This document shows positions 1 to 11,989 of a DNA stretch of 64,000 nt, in pieces. Both the position numbers and the translations under genes were made by a program. The stretch's first letter is position 1; every line of letters begins with the position of its first letter. Source of the stretch: Macrostomum lignano (lineage: Eukaryota); NCBI GenBank assembly GCA_002269645.1, contig NIVC01001293.1:186001-250000 (forward strand). Direction: 5' to 3'. The notes under the pieces were generated by a model. The model was given only the letters and a program-made list of their open reading frames with translations, had not been told where the DNA came from and ran no database searches.

Positions 1-290
1 CCTATTAGACAGGTAGTTTTACCCTCTAGACAAGTATAGTTTTACCTACTAGACAGGTAGTTTCCGCCTCTAGACAGGTAGTTTCCCCTCTAGACAGGTA
101 GTTTTACCTACTAGACAGGTAGTTTTACCTACTAGACAGGTAGTTTTACCTACTAGACAGGTAGTTTTACCTACTAGACAGGTAGTTTTACCTATTAGAC
201 AGGTAGTTTTACCTACTAGACAGGTAGTTTTACCTACTAGACAGGTAGTTTCCCCCTCTAGAAAGGTATTTTTACTCTAGACAGGGAGTT
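1..290. repeat. 21-bp minisatellite (CTAGACAGGTAGTTTTACCTA)n, truncated by window start
   Basis: Tandem copies read directly from the sequence. Confidence 0.9.
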
Positions 291-675
291 TTTTCTGGTA
301 GCAATGCAGTCTCCCGCTAAATTTGGAATTTAAGCGTGACATTTTGTCCTGTCTTGCTAATGCATTTTCCAGATAAAACCGGATCTCCAGGTTGAAGTCA
401 AAACACGAGTTGCGAACGCTGCGTCCTTCATGTACTTCAGTTGTTTTGATGCCTTGTTGTGTTCAAGTCAATTGTTTGTCGCAATAAACATGTTTTGCGA
501 GAAAGAGACAGACAGAGAGAAGCCTTGAGATGCATCAATCATACTCGATAGTTGATGGATTTATTGGTGTGTAACTTCTGACAGCTTTAAAAGCAAAGAG
601 GAAAAAAGTCGTAACAACACCATCCATTTGGAGAAATTTGCAATTTGAAATTTCTATGGGGGTGATTGGGGGGGC

Positions 676-1190
676 AAGTACAAGGTGACAGAGTTAAGTA
701 CAAGGTGACAGAATTAAGTACAAGGTGACAGAATTAAGTACAAGGTGACAGAATTAAGTACAAGGTGACAGAATTATGAACAAGGGGACAGACTTAAGTA
801 CAAGGTGACAGACTTAAGTAAAAGGTGACAGAGTTAAGTACAAGGTGACAGAATTAAGTACAAGGTGACAGAATTATGAACAAGGTGACAGACTTAAGTA
901 AAAGGTGACAGACTTAAGAACAAGGTGACAGACTTAAGTAAAAGGTGACAGAGTTAAGTACAAGGTGACAGAATTAAGTACAAGGTGACAGAATTATGAA
1001 CAAGGTGACAGACTTAAGTACAAGGTGACAGAATTAAGTACAAGGTGACAGAATTAAGTACAAGGTGACAGAATTAAGTACAAGGTGACAGAATTAAGTA
1101 CAAGGTGACAGAATTAAGTACAAGGTGACAGAATTAAGTACAAGGTGACAGAATTAAGTACAAGGTGACAGACTAAAGTACAAGGTACCA
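676..1190. repeat. 20-bp minisatellite (AAGTACAAGGTGACAGAATT)n
   Basis: About 25 near-identical tandem units. Confidence 0.95.
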
Positions 1191-1289
1191 AGGTTATAGA
1201 ATGTAAAAGACTGAAGTACGTCTACCAGGTGCCACTAGGTGTCAGTATTAATAGTCCAGCTGATATGCACACCGCGCACATCGCCAGCT

Positions 1290-1788
1290 TCACACTGCAG
1301 CATCCCGCCGGGGCCGTCGCAGCCTCTGGTACGGATTATCCAGGCCGCAGTGACAGCGCCGGAAGTGCCTGGCCAAATCCCACTTCCACTTGTACGCCCG
1401 GCCGCACACCGCGCACTGGTGCTGCCGGACGCTCGAGTGCGCCATGGCGTGCTTCTGCAGCTCGGTGGGCCACTTGGCCAGATGGCCGCAGTCGGGACAG
1501 CGAAAGCCCACTAGCACCGAGGCGTCGCCCGGTAGGTGAACAGCGGCCCTGGCCAGCTGATCCTCGGACATCCCGGCCGAGTTCCACGACCGGCTGCCGA
1601 CAGTCAGCTCGCGTTGCAGCACTTCGCTGGCGTGGCTGGCAGCGAAGTGAGCGTTCAGCTCCACCAGGCTGTTGAATACGCGGCAGCACTGCTGGCAGCG
1701 AAACGGGCTGGTGGTGACGCCCTGCTGCTGACTTCTCAGAGTAAGTTGTTGAGCACCTGCAGGCTCTGGCAGTTCGGTGCTCGGTGGC
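1290..1788 (-). CDS. C2H2 zinc-finger protein, terminal coding exon (3 fingers); upstream exons not identified
   Basis: FRCQQCCRVFNSLVELNAHFAASH, FRCPDCGHLAKWPTELQKHAMAH and HQCAVCGRAYKWKWDLARHFRRCH fit the C2H2 pattern. The ORF-track start at 1832 is TTG; the likely acceptor is CAG at 1791-1789 and the stop TGA is at 1292-1290. Confidence 0.8.
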
Positions 1789-1858
1789 CTGATTTGGAGT
1801 TTAGGTGAGACAGAGAATGTCTGAAACTTCAAGAACTCGATGCACTGTAGGGCCCAAT

Positions 1859-2121
1859 GGCCAGATGTGCAACCGACAGCTCAGCCGCAGCTATTGCGCG
1901 GCGCATCTGAAGGCTGCGTACGGCTGTTCAGTCCAAGGACGGGGGGGGGGGTTGCCATGCACACCCTCAATTGCTGGAACCCATTTTACATCCCAGTGTA
2001 CGGAATGAAGCAAAGTTAAGTTCGTCTTGCTCAATAAAGGACACTAATTGTTCAAAGTGGGATCGAGAATCGAACCACCGACCTTCCAGTCGTGAGTCCG
2101 ACGCTCAAACCAACTAGGCTA
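1859..2121 (-). mobile_element. tRNA-derived SINE, copy 1
   Basis: Minus strand begins TAGCCTAGTTGG (A box) ... GGTTCGATTC (B box). The body is shared with 16382-16568 and 40290-40516. Confidence 0.7.
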
Positions 2122-2649
2122 ATTAAGGAGCTTCCTACTAAGATTGTCATGCAGCATTTGTTTGTCACATTTTGAAGACTGTAGTCGGCTACAAGAGACG
2201 AGTTCATCTGAACCTCATCAGCACACACACGAGTCGAGTCTACATGTAGCTGAAACTCTCACCGATCAGAGTCGTTCATTTCCAAGGCAGCTTGTCGTCG
2301 GCACAATATTATCTCTACTTCAAGAAAGGAAGAAGATATATACTCTTTAAACACTTCTTGAATATTGGATGCAAGATCTCGGCTCTCTCAAGTTGCCCTC
2401 ATTATATTCACGTTGGCAAAGTGACCTGATCGATGTCAGTGAATCCTAAGTGGCATTTAAAGTCTTTCCTTAAGCCTGCAACTCTGCAGCACTTAACGGC
2501 ATTTTTACCAGAAAAGCTCTCGTTGCCGGCATATTGATTTGTGCTCATTTTCTTACGGCTGCCGCGGTGAGAGAAAACATTCTCTTGGTCGCTTAACAGC
2601 GTTGAAGGTGGGAGTAGATGATTGATTGATTGATTCAGTGGAAATCAGC

Positions 2650-2935
2650 AGGTGATCAATCGATAAGTGAGTGAGTGAATGAATGAGTGAACGAGTGAAT
2701 GAGTGAGTGAATGAGTGAGCGAGCGAGTGAATGAGTGAGTTAGTGAGTGAGTGAGTGAGCGAGTGAATGAGTGAGCGAGTGTGAGTGAGTGAGCGAGTGA
2801 ATGAGTGAGTGAGTGAGTGAGTGAGTGAGCGAGTGAATGAGTGAGCGAGTGTGAGTGAGTGAGCGAGTGAATGAGTGAGCGAGTGTGAGTGAGTGAGTGA
2901 GAGTGAATGAGTGAATGGGTGAGTCTCAGTGAATG
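2650..2935. repeat. (GAGT/GAAT)n degenerate tetranucleotide microsatellite
   Basis: Read directly. Confidence 0.9.
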
Positions 2936-3449
2936 AGCTGGATATTTAAAAGGCACCCGTCAGTGTTTGCAGCACTTATATCATCACTAACATCATAGCA
3001 TCAAGAATGCTATTTACGCCAAAGAAAAGCAAACAAGCCAAGTGAATTTTCAACAGAAACATCTCATCATTTTAGCAAGCGCAAGAAGGTACCACCAAAG
3101 CATGCGGCATAACTGTTGCGTATATAATTAAAATAAAATTCAAGACACAATGATTAACTATAAATACATTTACATAAAATGAAATCGGTATGAATATTAG
3201 AATTAGTTAGCTAGTTTATAAAAATGAAAGTTGATAACATTTAATATCATAATACATACAGGTAGCTATTGCGACATGAAACTACAAAATACAAAATACA
3301 AAATACAAAATACAGAAATACAGCTCGAAACAATAATATGCTTCCATCACATTTAATCTCTATTCATGGTATATGGATTGACAGCTTAAAATGACAACAG
3401 ATTATTCGCAAAATTTATTGTAGATATTTCTAAGCAAGGATTTTATCTC

Positions 3450-4595
3450 TGTGTGGGTCCAGTTGACTTAAAACTCTGCGTGGGTCAGTTGACTCAAACT
3501 CTGTCTGTGTGGGTCTAGTTGACTCAAAACTCTGCGTGGGTTGGTCAGTTGACTCAAACTGTGTGGGTCCAGTTGACTCAAACTCTGCGTGGGTCCAGTT
3601 GACTCAAAACTCTGCGTGGGTCCAGTTGACTCAAACTCTGTCTGTGTGGGTCTAGTTGACTCAAAACTCTGCGTGGGTTGGTCAGTTGACTCAAACTGTG
3701 TGGGTCCAGTTGACTCAAACTCTGCGTGGGTCCAGTTGACTCAAAACTCTGCGTGGGTCCAGTTGACTCAAACTCTGTCTGTGTGGGTCTAGTTGACTCA
3801 AAACTCTGCGTGGGTCCAGTTGACTCAAAACTCTGCGTGGGTTGGTCAGTTGACTCAAACTGTGTGGGTCCAGTTGATTCAAACTCTGCGTGGGTCCAGT
3901 TGACTCAAAACTCTGCGTGGGTCCAGTTGACTCAAACTCTGTCTGTGTGGGTCTAGTTGACTCAAAACTCTGCGTGGGTTGGTCAGTTGACTCAAACTGT
4001 GTGGGTCCAGTTGATTCAAACTCTGCGTGGGTCCAGTTGACTCAAAACTCTGCGTGGGTCCAGTTGACTCAAAACTCTGCGTGGGTCCAGTTGACTCAAA
4101 ACTCTGCGTGGGTCCAGTTGACTCAAAACTCTGCGTGGGTTGGTCAGTTGACTCAAACTGTGTGGGTCCAGTTGATTCAAACTCTGCGTGGGTCCAGTTG
4201 ACTCAAACTCTGTCTGTGTGGGTCTAATTGACTCAAAACTCTGCGTGGGTCCAGTTGACTCAAAACTCTGCGTGGGTCCAGTTGACTCAAAACTCGGCGT
4301 GGGTCCAGTTGACTCAAAACTCTGCGTGGGTCCAGTTGACTCAAAACTCTGCGTGGGTTGGTCAGTTGACTCAAACTGTGTGGGTCCAGTTGACTCAAAC
4401 TCTGCGTGGGTCCAGTTGACTCAAACTTTGCGTGGGTCCAGTTGACTCAAAACTCTGCGTGGGTCCAGTTGACTCAAAACTCTGCGTGGGTCCAGTTGAC
4501 TCAAAACTCTGCGTGGGTCGGTCAGTTGACTCAAACTCTGTCTGTGTGGGTCAATTGACTCAAACTGTGTGGGTCCAGTTGATTCAAACTCTGCG
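3450..4595. repeat. ~27-bp minisatellite (CTCTGCGTGGGTCCAGTTGACTCAAAA)n with variant units
   Basis: Tandem array; explains the CVGPVDSKL pseudo-ORFs. Confidence 0.95.
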
Positions 4596-4950
4596 TGGGT
4601 CAGCTGATTCCCTAATGAGTCACCTCAGTGGGTCAGCTGATTCCCTAATGAGTCACCTCAGTGGGTCAGCTGATTCCCTAATGAGTCACCTCAGTGGGTC
4701 AGCTGATTCCCTAATGAGTCACCTCAGTGGGTCAGCTGATTCCCTAATGAGTCACCTCAGTGGGTCAGCTGATTCCCTAATGAGTCACCTCAGTGGGTCA
4801 GCTGATTCCCTAATGAGTCACCTCAGTGGGTCAGCTGATTCCCTAATGAGTCACCTCAGTGGGTCAGCTGATTCCCTAATGAGTCACCTCAGTGGGTCAG
4901 CTGATTCCCTAATGAGTCACCTCAGTGGGTCAGCTGATTCCTCAGTGAGT
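4595..4950. repeat. 33-bp minisatellite (GTGGGTCAGCTGATTCCCTAATGAGTCACCTCA)n
   Basis: About 10 identical units abutting the 27-bp array. Confidence 0.95.
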
Positions 4951-5062
4951 CAGCTCGATTTATAACTGAGTCAGGCGACCTCACAAATGAGTCAAATAAT
5001 ATTGCCTGGATTAATCGAGAATGCATCAGAAGTCAAGAGCTAATCCAAAACGAATTCAAAAC

Positions 5063-8000
5063 TCAAAACTTGAACGCGGCCACATCAAAGTTGTCTCCCC
5101 GATGTCTGGCCACGGTCTCCAACAGCCGGGTCTTCTTGCCGACTGACTTGCTGGACTCCAAATCATACATGGTGCACAAGTTAAACACCAGGCCCTCGTG
5201 GATAGCCAGCTTTGGCTGGCGTTCGAGCAGCGACTCGAGCAGCCTGATGGCCTCCCGCAGCTGGCCGGTGTACAGGCAGATCACGGCCAGGTTGTTGGCA
5301 GCCAGCATGTTGCCGGGGTTCGAGTCCAGCGCGGAGCGGAACAGGCGCTGTGCGGTGGCCCAGTCGGCGCTCGTCACCGCCAGCTGAGCTGCGTAGAAAT
5401 CGCGGCGCTCCGCTGGCGCCGATTGGGCGCACCGGCCCAGGTGGTGGCGCGCCGACTGCAGATCGCCAACCTGATTGGGAATGGAGAGTTTTGAGTATAG
5501 GATGGGATTTTAAGCACAGAGAGGGATTCTGAGCATTAAAGACTGTGATTAGGGATTAGGGAGGGTGAGCAATGGGATTATAGACACTGTGAGCAATGGG
5601 ATTATAGACACTGAGCAATGGGATTATAGACACTGTGAGCAATGGAATTATAGACACTGTGAGCAATGGGATTAGACACTGTGAGCAATGGGATTAGACA
5701 CTGTGAGCAATGGGATTAGACACTGTGAGCAATGGGATTAGACACTGTGAGCAATGGGATTAGACACTGTGAGCAATGGGATTAGACACTGTGAGCAATG
5801 GGATTAGACACTGTGAGCAATGGGATTAGACACTGTGAGCAATGGGATTATAGACACTGGGAGCAATGGAATTATAGACACTGTGAGCAATGGGATTAGA
5901 CACTGTGAGCAATGGGATTAGACACTGTGAGCAATGGGATTAGACACTGTGAGCAATGGGATTAGACACTGTGAGCAATGGGATTAGACACTGTGAGCAA
6001 TGGGATTAGACACTGTGAGCAATGGGATTAGACACTGTGAGCAATGGGATTAGACACTGTGAGCAATGGGATTAGACACTGTGAGCAATGGGATTAGACA
6101 CTGTGAGCAATGGGATTAGACACTGTGAGCAATGGGATTAGACACTGTGAGCAATGGGATTAGACACTGTGAGCAATGGGATTAGACACTGTGAGCAGTG
6201 GGATTCAATGAAATAGAGACTGTAGGCAAAGGTATTCCATATGGGATTTAAGACTTTGTGGAATCCCTCTACTCCCAAATCCCAAACCAGTCACCTGCAT
6301 GGACAGTCGGCCGAGAGCAGCGCAGATGCGCTCCGAGTTGCCCGGATCCAGCGTCAGCAGCTGACCGTAGACCCTGGCCGCGGCGGCGTGGTCCTTAGCA
6401 ACCGTTGCCAGGTTATTAGCCACGCTATACAGCACGGCAGCTTTGCGCCGCTGCCACAGCTCCAGAGAGGCCCGTCGCTGCTCGGCCGTCATGGGCGGCA
6501 GGTCGAGTCCGGCCTCGGACAGGCCAGCCTGCAGGTTGCACAGCATGCGGTCGATCACGGCGGACAGGAAGTACAGTCGGGCGAGGGCGCCGGCGCCGCC
6601 CAGATCGGCGTGGAGCAGCCGCATGCCGAACGGCACCTGCGACAGCAAAGAGTACAAAGAGTACTTTTATTGCTTGTACGTTTACGCTATTTGAGATGTG
6701 AAATCCTAATTTGGGATAAGGGAATCCTAATTTGAGAAAAGGGAATTCTAATTTGGGATAAGGGAATTTTAATTTGGGATATGGGAATCCTAATTTGAGA
6801 AAAGGGAATTCTAATTTGGGATAAGGGAATTTTAATTTGGGATATGGGAATCCTAATTTGGGATAAGGGAATCCTAATTTGGGATATGGGAATCCTAATT
6901 TGGGATATGGGAATCCTAATTTGGGATAAGGGAATCCTAATTTGAGATAAAGGAATCCTAATTTGGGATAAGGGAATCCTAATTTGGGATAAGGGAATTC
7001 TAATTTAAGAATTTAAGAGGCGAATTTCGATTCTGGGAGAACCACGCCTAAATGAAACGGGAAAATTCCCCCTTTCCACAAACACACCATGCTGCCTCTC
7101 CGTCCGGGATACTGTCCGGGATAGAACTCATAGTACAGGTCGGGGCCGTCGAGATTCCGGAACGCCAGCAGCTCAGTCTCGGCCGTGGACAGCTGTCGAG
7201 TGCGCACTAGCAGGGCCAGCCTGGCGAACCAGAGCCTGAGACTGGCTGGCGTGTGCAGCTGGTGCTGCAGCTGGTGCTGCTGATGATGCTGCAACAGCAG
7301 TCGGGCAAGCAGATCCAGACAGGCCCGATGGCAACCCGCTCGGAATAGTTGAGCAGCCCCGGTTGAATCCTGCGGCACAGAATCGGCGTTCGGAGCGCAG
7401 CCGCGGGCGATGGCTTCGCCGCAGAAGCGCACAAGCAGATCGCGCATTGGATTGGCCTGCGGCTGCTGTTGCTGCTGCTGCAGGTGCTGCAGGGACGGCC
7501 GGGTCAGCTGGCCGGGGTCAACCTGCGGGCGAATGGGATGGGAGAGGTGTCGCTATGGGATAAGGGATTTGGATTGTCATTAGTACCTTTGGGATTAGGA
7601 TTAGTGCCTATGAAATTAGGATTAGTACCTGGGGTTTTTGGATTATTACGAGCGTATTTATGGGATTCTAGGATTATAGGATTATATATAGGATTATAAG
7701 CATCAAGATCACCAACCGAGGCATCAGGGATCACCAGCTGAGGCATCAGGGATCACCAGCTGAGGCATCAGGGATCACCAGCTGAGGCATCAGGGATCAC
7801 CAGCTGAGGCATCAGGGATCACCAGCTGAGGCATCAAGGATCACAAGCTGAGGCATCAGGGATCACCAGCTGAGGCATCAGGGATCACCAGCTGAGGCAT
7901 CAGGGATCACCAGCTGAGGCATCATGGATCACCAGCTGAGGCATCATGGATCACCAGCTGAGGCATCATGGATCACCAGCTGAGGCATCAGGGATCACCA

Positions 8001-9515
8001 GCTGAGGCATCAGGGATCACCAGCTGAGGCATCAGGGATCACCAGCTGAGGCATCATGGATCACCAGCTGAGGCATCAGGGATCACCAGCTGAGGCATCA
8101 GGGATCACCAGCTGAGGCATCATGGATCACCAGCTGAGGCATCATGGATCACCAGCTGAGGCATCATGGATCACCAGCTGAGGCATCATGGATCACCAGC
8201 TGAGGCATCATGGATCGCATACCTTAGCGGGATCCACCTTTCCAGCTACGACTCCGTCCAGCAGCTGTCGGGTGGCCTCGGACGGCAGCCAGGCGTCCAT
8301 GCGCCGTTCCGCCTCGCCTGATCGAATGCTGTCGGTGAACATGTCGGCCTCAGACTCGCCGGTTGTTGAGCCCGGCTCGGCTGCGCCTGGCGGGATCGGT
8401 GGCGGGATCTGGGGATAACTGGGCTGATTTAGGGATCTGGGATAACTGATTTGGGGATCTGGGATAACTGGACTGATTGGGGATCTGGGATAACTGGGCT
8501 GATTTGGGGATCTGGGATAACTGGGCTGATTTGGGGATCTGGGATAACTGGACTGATTGGGGATCTGGGATAACTGGGCTGATTTGGGGATCTGGGATAA
8601 CTGATTTGGGGATCTGGGATAACTGGACTGATTGGGGATCTGGGATAACTGGGCTGATTTGGGGATCTGGGATAACTGGGCTGATTTGGGTATCTGGGAT
8701 AACTGGGCTGATTTGGGGATCTGGGATAACTGGGCTGATTTGGGGATCCGGGATAACTGGGCTGATTGGGGGATCTGGGATAACTGGGCTGATTTGGGGA
8801 TCTGGGATAACTGGGCTGATTTGAGGATCTAAGGATGTCATATAGCTTACCATGTCTACTAATTTTGAAAAGCCGGTTAAATTTTCTACTAATTAAGAAT
8901 GAAATCCACGAAACGCCCTCACCGTCCAAAAACCCGGCACCTTCTGCTCCGCCGCCCATCTGCAGATCGGCAAAATAGTCTGCAACAGACAGTGGCTGCT
9001 GCTTCTGCTGTTGCTGCAGTGGCGGCGTCGGAGAAGGCTCGTCCTGGGCCCGGGAGACCTCTGTAGAAGCTTCGCAAGTTTCGCTAGTAGTCCCTAGGTC
9101 GAACAACTCGAATTATGCTTGGCGGATCCTTAAGTGGACCCTGCGGCTGCTGCTGCTGCTGCGGTGCCTGCAGCCCGCCAACTGTGTCGGGAATCTCGGC
9201 AGCCTCAGCGCTAGCGACGTCAGTGTCCAGCAGCCCGGGCTCGCTTGTGGCACCAGCTGCCGGCCCGCCAATATTGAACTCGTTGCCGAGATCGTCTTCA
9301 TCAACCAGCGGATTGGAGTAGGTGACTGCAGCGGCTGTTTCGGTCGAGTCAGCGGTGGCGACTGAGGCTGCAACGTTGAAGCCAACGTTCACCTGGGAGT
9401 CGGACTTCACGACTGGGCGCATCGGCGGTAGCGGGCCATGCGGCGGCGCCGGCGCCAGCGATGAGGCGTCAACGGCTGCTGCTGCGGCCGCGTCTGTATC
9501 GGGATCGGGGAGGTC
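5063..9515 (-). CDS. TRAPPC12: Trafficking protein particle complex subunit 12 (TTC15), TPR protein; 5' start exon not located
   Basis: Exons (minus): 9515-8924 (frame break near 9110), 8386-8223, 7522-7088, 6636-6295, 5470-5063, with GT/AG sites in consistent phase. Recognised motifs: ERRMDAWLPSEATR, YPGRRGSM|VPFGMRLLHA, NNLAVICLYTGQL, VFNLCTMYDLESSKS...GDNFD. Confidence 0.9.
5570..6197. repeat. 22-bp intronic minisatellite (GAGCAATGGGATTAGACACTGT)n
   Basis: Fills TRAPPC12 intron 5471-6294. Confidence 0.95.
6700..7010. repeat. 21-bp intronic minisatellite (GGGAATCCTAATTTGGGATAA)n
   Basis: Fills TRAPPC12 intron 6637-7087. Confidence 0.95.
7716..8215. repeat. 22-bp intronic minisatellite (GAGGCATCAGGGATCACCAGCT)n
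   Basis: Within TRAPPC12 intron 7523-8222. Confidence 0.95.
8405..8830. repeat. 27-bp intronic minisatellite (GGATAACTGGGCTGATTTGGGGATCTG)n
   Basis: Fills TRAPPC12 intron 8387-8923. Confidence 0.95.
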
Positions 9516-9612
9516 CTGAAGGGATGAAAACATTGGCTGCTTTAGGATTTCAACTAAAAGTAAGCAGAACAGCTTCATTTTGCTATGTAAAACTCAGCAG
9601 TATAGGAATTTC

Positions 9613-10080
9613 GGCTGCCCAGCAACTGAGGATTTGGGAGGCTGGCCCAGCAACTGGCACTCTGGGAGGCTGGCCCAGCAACTGACACTCTGGGAGGCTG
9701 GCCCAACAACTGACACTCTGGGAGGCTGGCCCAGCAACTGACACTCTGGGAGGCTGGCCCAGCAACTGACACTCTGGGAGGCTGGCCCAACAACTGACAC
9801 TCTGGGAGGCTGGCCCAGCAACTGAGGATCTGGGAGGCTGGCCCAGCAACCGAGAATCTGGGAGGCTGACCCAGCAACTGAGGATCTAGGAGGCTGGCCC
9901 AGCAACTGAGGATCTGGGAGGCTGGCCCAGCAACTGAGGATCTGGGTGGCTGGCCTCTAACTGAGGATCTGAGAGGCTGGCCCAGTAACTGACACTCTGG
10001 GAGGCAGGCCCAGCAACTGAGCATCTGGGAGGCTGGCCCAGCAACTGACACTCTGAGAGGCTGGCCCAGCAACTGAGGAC
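9613..10080. repeat. 28-bp minisatellite (CTGGGAGGCTGGCCCAGCAACTGACACT)n
   Basis: Upstream of TRAPPC12 acceptor 9516. Same family as 39255-39685 in the opposite orientation. Confidence 0.95.
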
Positions 10081-10549
10081 CTTTGGGTAACATTTTGCAA
10101 TAAAAAGCAGAAATGCGCTTCTAGAAGAACACTAGAAGCGAGTTTCAGACCCAAGCAACAAATCGGTCCAAATGTCAAACAGGAAACTCCGCACTGAGTG
10201 TCATCTTGCAGTTCTACTCAGAACATTTATTCATATATTTATTATTTCAAACTCTTATTATTCTTTATTATTCTTAGCATTCTTATTACTGGCGGCACAA
10301 CTGACAAGCAAAAAAGACGGCTCGTTTACTTGGATTGAAGGCAGCAAACTATTAGCTCTCTTTATCAACAGATTTTGCGCTCAGATTCTCAGCTTAAATA
10401 ACAGCTTAGACGGAAAATAAGCCAACTGGTAACATTAGTACAGCTAAATTTGCCAAGAGAGAGAGAGCTTCTATTGAACGAGTTTGCGAAAAAAAAATTG
10501 CGGCTGAAAAATATTTCCATCAGCTTTTTAAACTTGATGTCGCTTTTGT

Positions 10550-10775
10550 TTGTCGGCGCCACTAGCAGTGCTTCTGTTTTTGGCGCCACTAGCAGTGCTT
10601 CTGTTTTTGGCGCCACTAATAGTGCTTCTGTTTTTGGCGCCACTAGCAGTGCTTCTGTTTTTAGCGCCACTAGCAGTGCTTCTGTTTTTAGCGCCACTAG
10701 CAGTGCTTCTGTTTTTGGCTCCACTAGTAGTGCTTCTGTTTTTGGCGCCACTAGTAGTGCCTCCATTTGTGGAGC
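10550..10775. repeat. 27-bp minisatellite (GCGCCACTAGCAGTGCTTCTGTTTTTG)n
   Basis: About 8 units. Confidence 0.9.
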
Positions 10776-11524
10776 CACTAATGCTTAAAAAATTGAAAAA
10801 GCATCCAACTTTATAGTTTAGAAACGCAGAGCATGAAGGAAAACAGCTGACAGATCACATTAAAGGTCATTGGAAAATTATAACAGCATTTAAGGTTATG
10901 ATGAGACAGAGAGGCCAAGCTTTTCTTAAATACTGTACTGAATAATTATAGCGAAACTAAGTGAAACAACAGACAGGAGGCAAAATCCAACTAAATAAAT
11001 AGGACACGACCTGCACTACTGTAAGTAGCTTTAAATTTAGAATATTTTCTCAAAGCAACAGATGATTCTTGCAAATAAAATCCCGAAAAAAAGTTACTAA
11101 TATTAGGGGTATCAAATGAAGGATAAGCAAACTACAATCAACAGAATAAATTTGTTAAATAAGGAGAAATTAGTTAATTACATTTCATAATAACCGATTT
11201 AACAGCAGCGGTTTCAATTCATTAATTAGTAGTTATTATTTAAATATATATTGGTCAATGGAAGGCAAACCGCTAGGGGAAATGAACAAGCCGAGCAACA
11301 ATGCAAAATGACCATAAGGCAATTCAAACAGTTTAAGGTTAAGGACTGGAAAGAAGCACTGTTAGATCAGTGCAAACAGAAAAAACAACAAAATTGAAGA
11401 GAAAATTAAAGCTAGAACTATATCGCTATTCACTGTTCTAATCTAATTAATTCTAATTTTAATTGTTGTTTTGAAATTAAATAAGGAATACAGTTCAAAC
11501 TACACTACTGCTATGAGTAGGCAA

Positions 11525-11822
11525 CATACATGCGCAACAGTCGGCCAAGTCGGCCGATCTGGCCGACCGATTTGGCGGCCAACCAAGAAAGTCGCAAAAA
11601 TGCCCACCCAAAAAAACACCCAAGTAATAGTACTAAGTAGCTGACGAGGCATTTTAGCTTACTAAGACAGTCATAGTTACTCCTGCCGTTTACCCAAAGT
11701 TGCGTTAATTTTGCTTTAGGGTTTTTTTACATGTAAGTCGCATTTTTGGCCAAAAACTACGTCGCATTTTTGTTAAAACTAAGTCGCACGGCCGACCGAA
11801 TTTTGGAGGTTGCGCATGTATG
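11525..11822. mobile_element. hAT-type MITE (298 bp) just 3' of the YTHDF stop
   Basis: 14-bp TIR CATACATGCGCAAC / GTTGCGCATGTATG; perfect 8-bp TSD GTAGGCAA at 11517-11524 and 11823-11830. Confidence 0.85.
11633..11695 (-). pseudogene. Diverged 28S (LSU) rRNA fragment, helix 69-71 region, inside the MITE
   Basis: Minus strand GGGTAAACGGCAGGAGTAACTATGACTGTCTTAGTAAGCTAAAATGCCTCGTCAGCTACTTAG versus the conserved eukaryotic 28S GGGTAAACGGCGGGAGTAACTATGACTCTCTTAAGGTAGCCAAATGCCTCGTCATCTAATTAG (recalled); 51/63 ungapped by hand count. Confidence 0.85.
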
Positions 11823-11989
11823 GTAGGCAACTAAAGAAAATCATCTGAATAATTTAACTTCTCACTTGCGCTATAACGGTATGAATATAGTTAATTTGGC
11901 AACAATAGATTTATAACCTATAATAATAGCCACAGGCTAAGGTGACGCGGTAGTAAAAAAACCCGGGCCAGCGATAATTTGCCAAATTA

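Noticed and set aside
373-490. Possible terminal exon of a plus-strand gene after TTTTCCAG
   Set aside because: No recognisable protein similarity and upstream context lies outside the window.
3450-4965. Regular repeats as a CRISPR array or coding ORFs
   Set aside because: No unique spacers, eukaryotic context, no cas genes; the same holds for all other arrays in the window.
10389-10778. MEALLVAPK-repeat ORF as the first TRAPPC12 exon
   Set aside because: 27-bp tandem repeat with no convincing in-phase donor and no recognisable homology.
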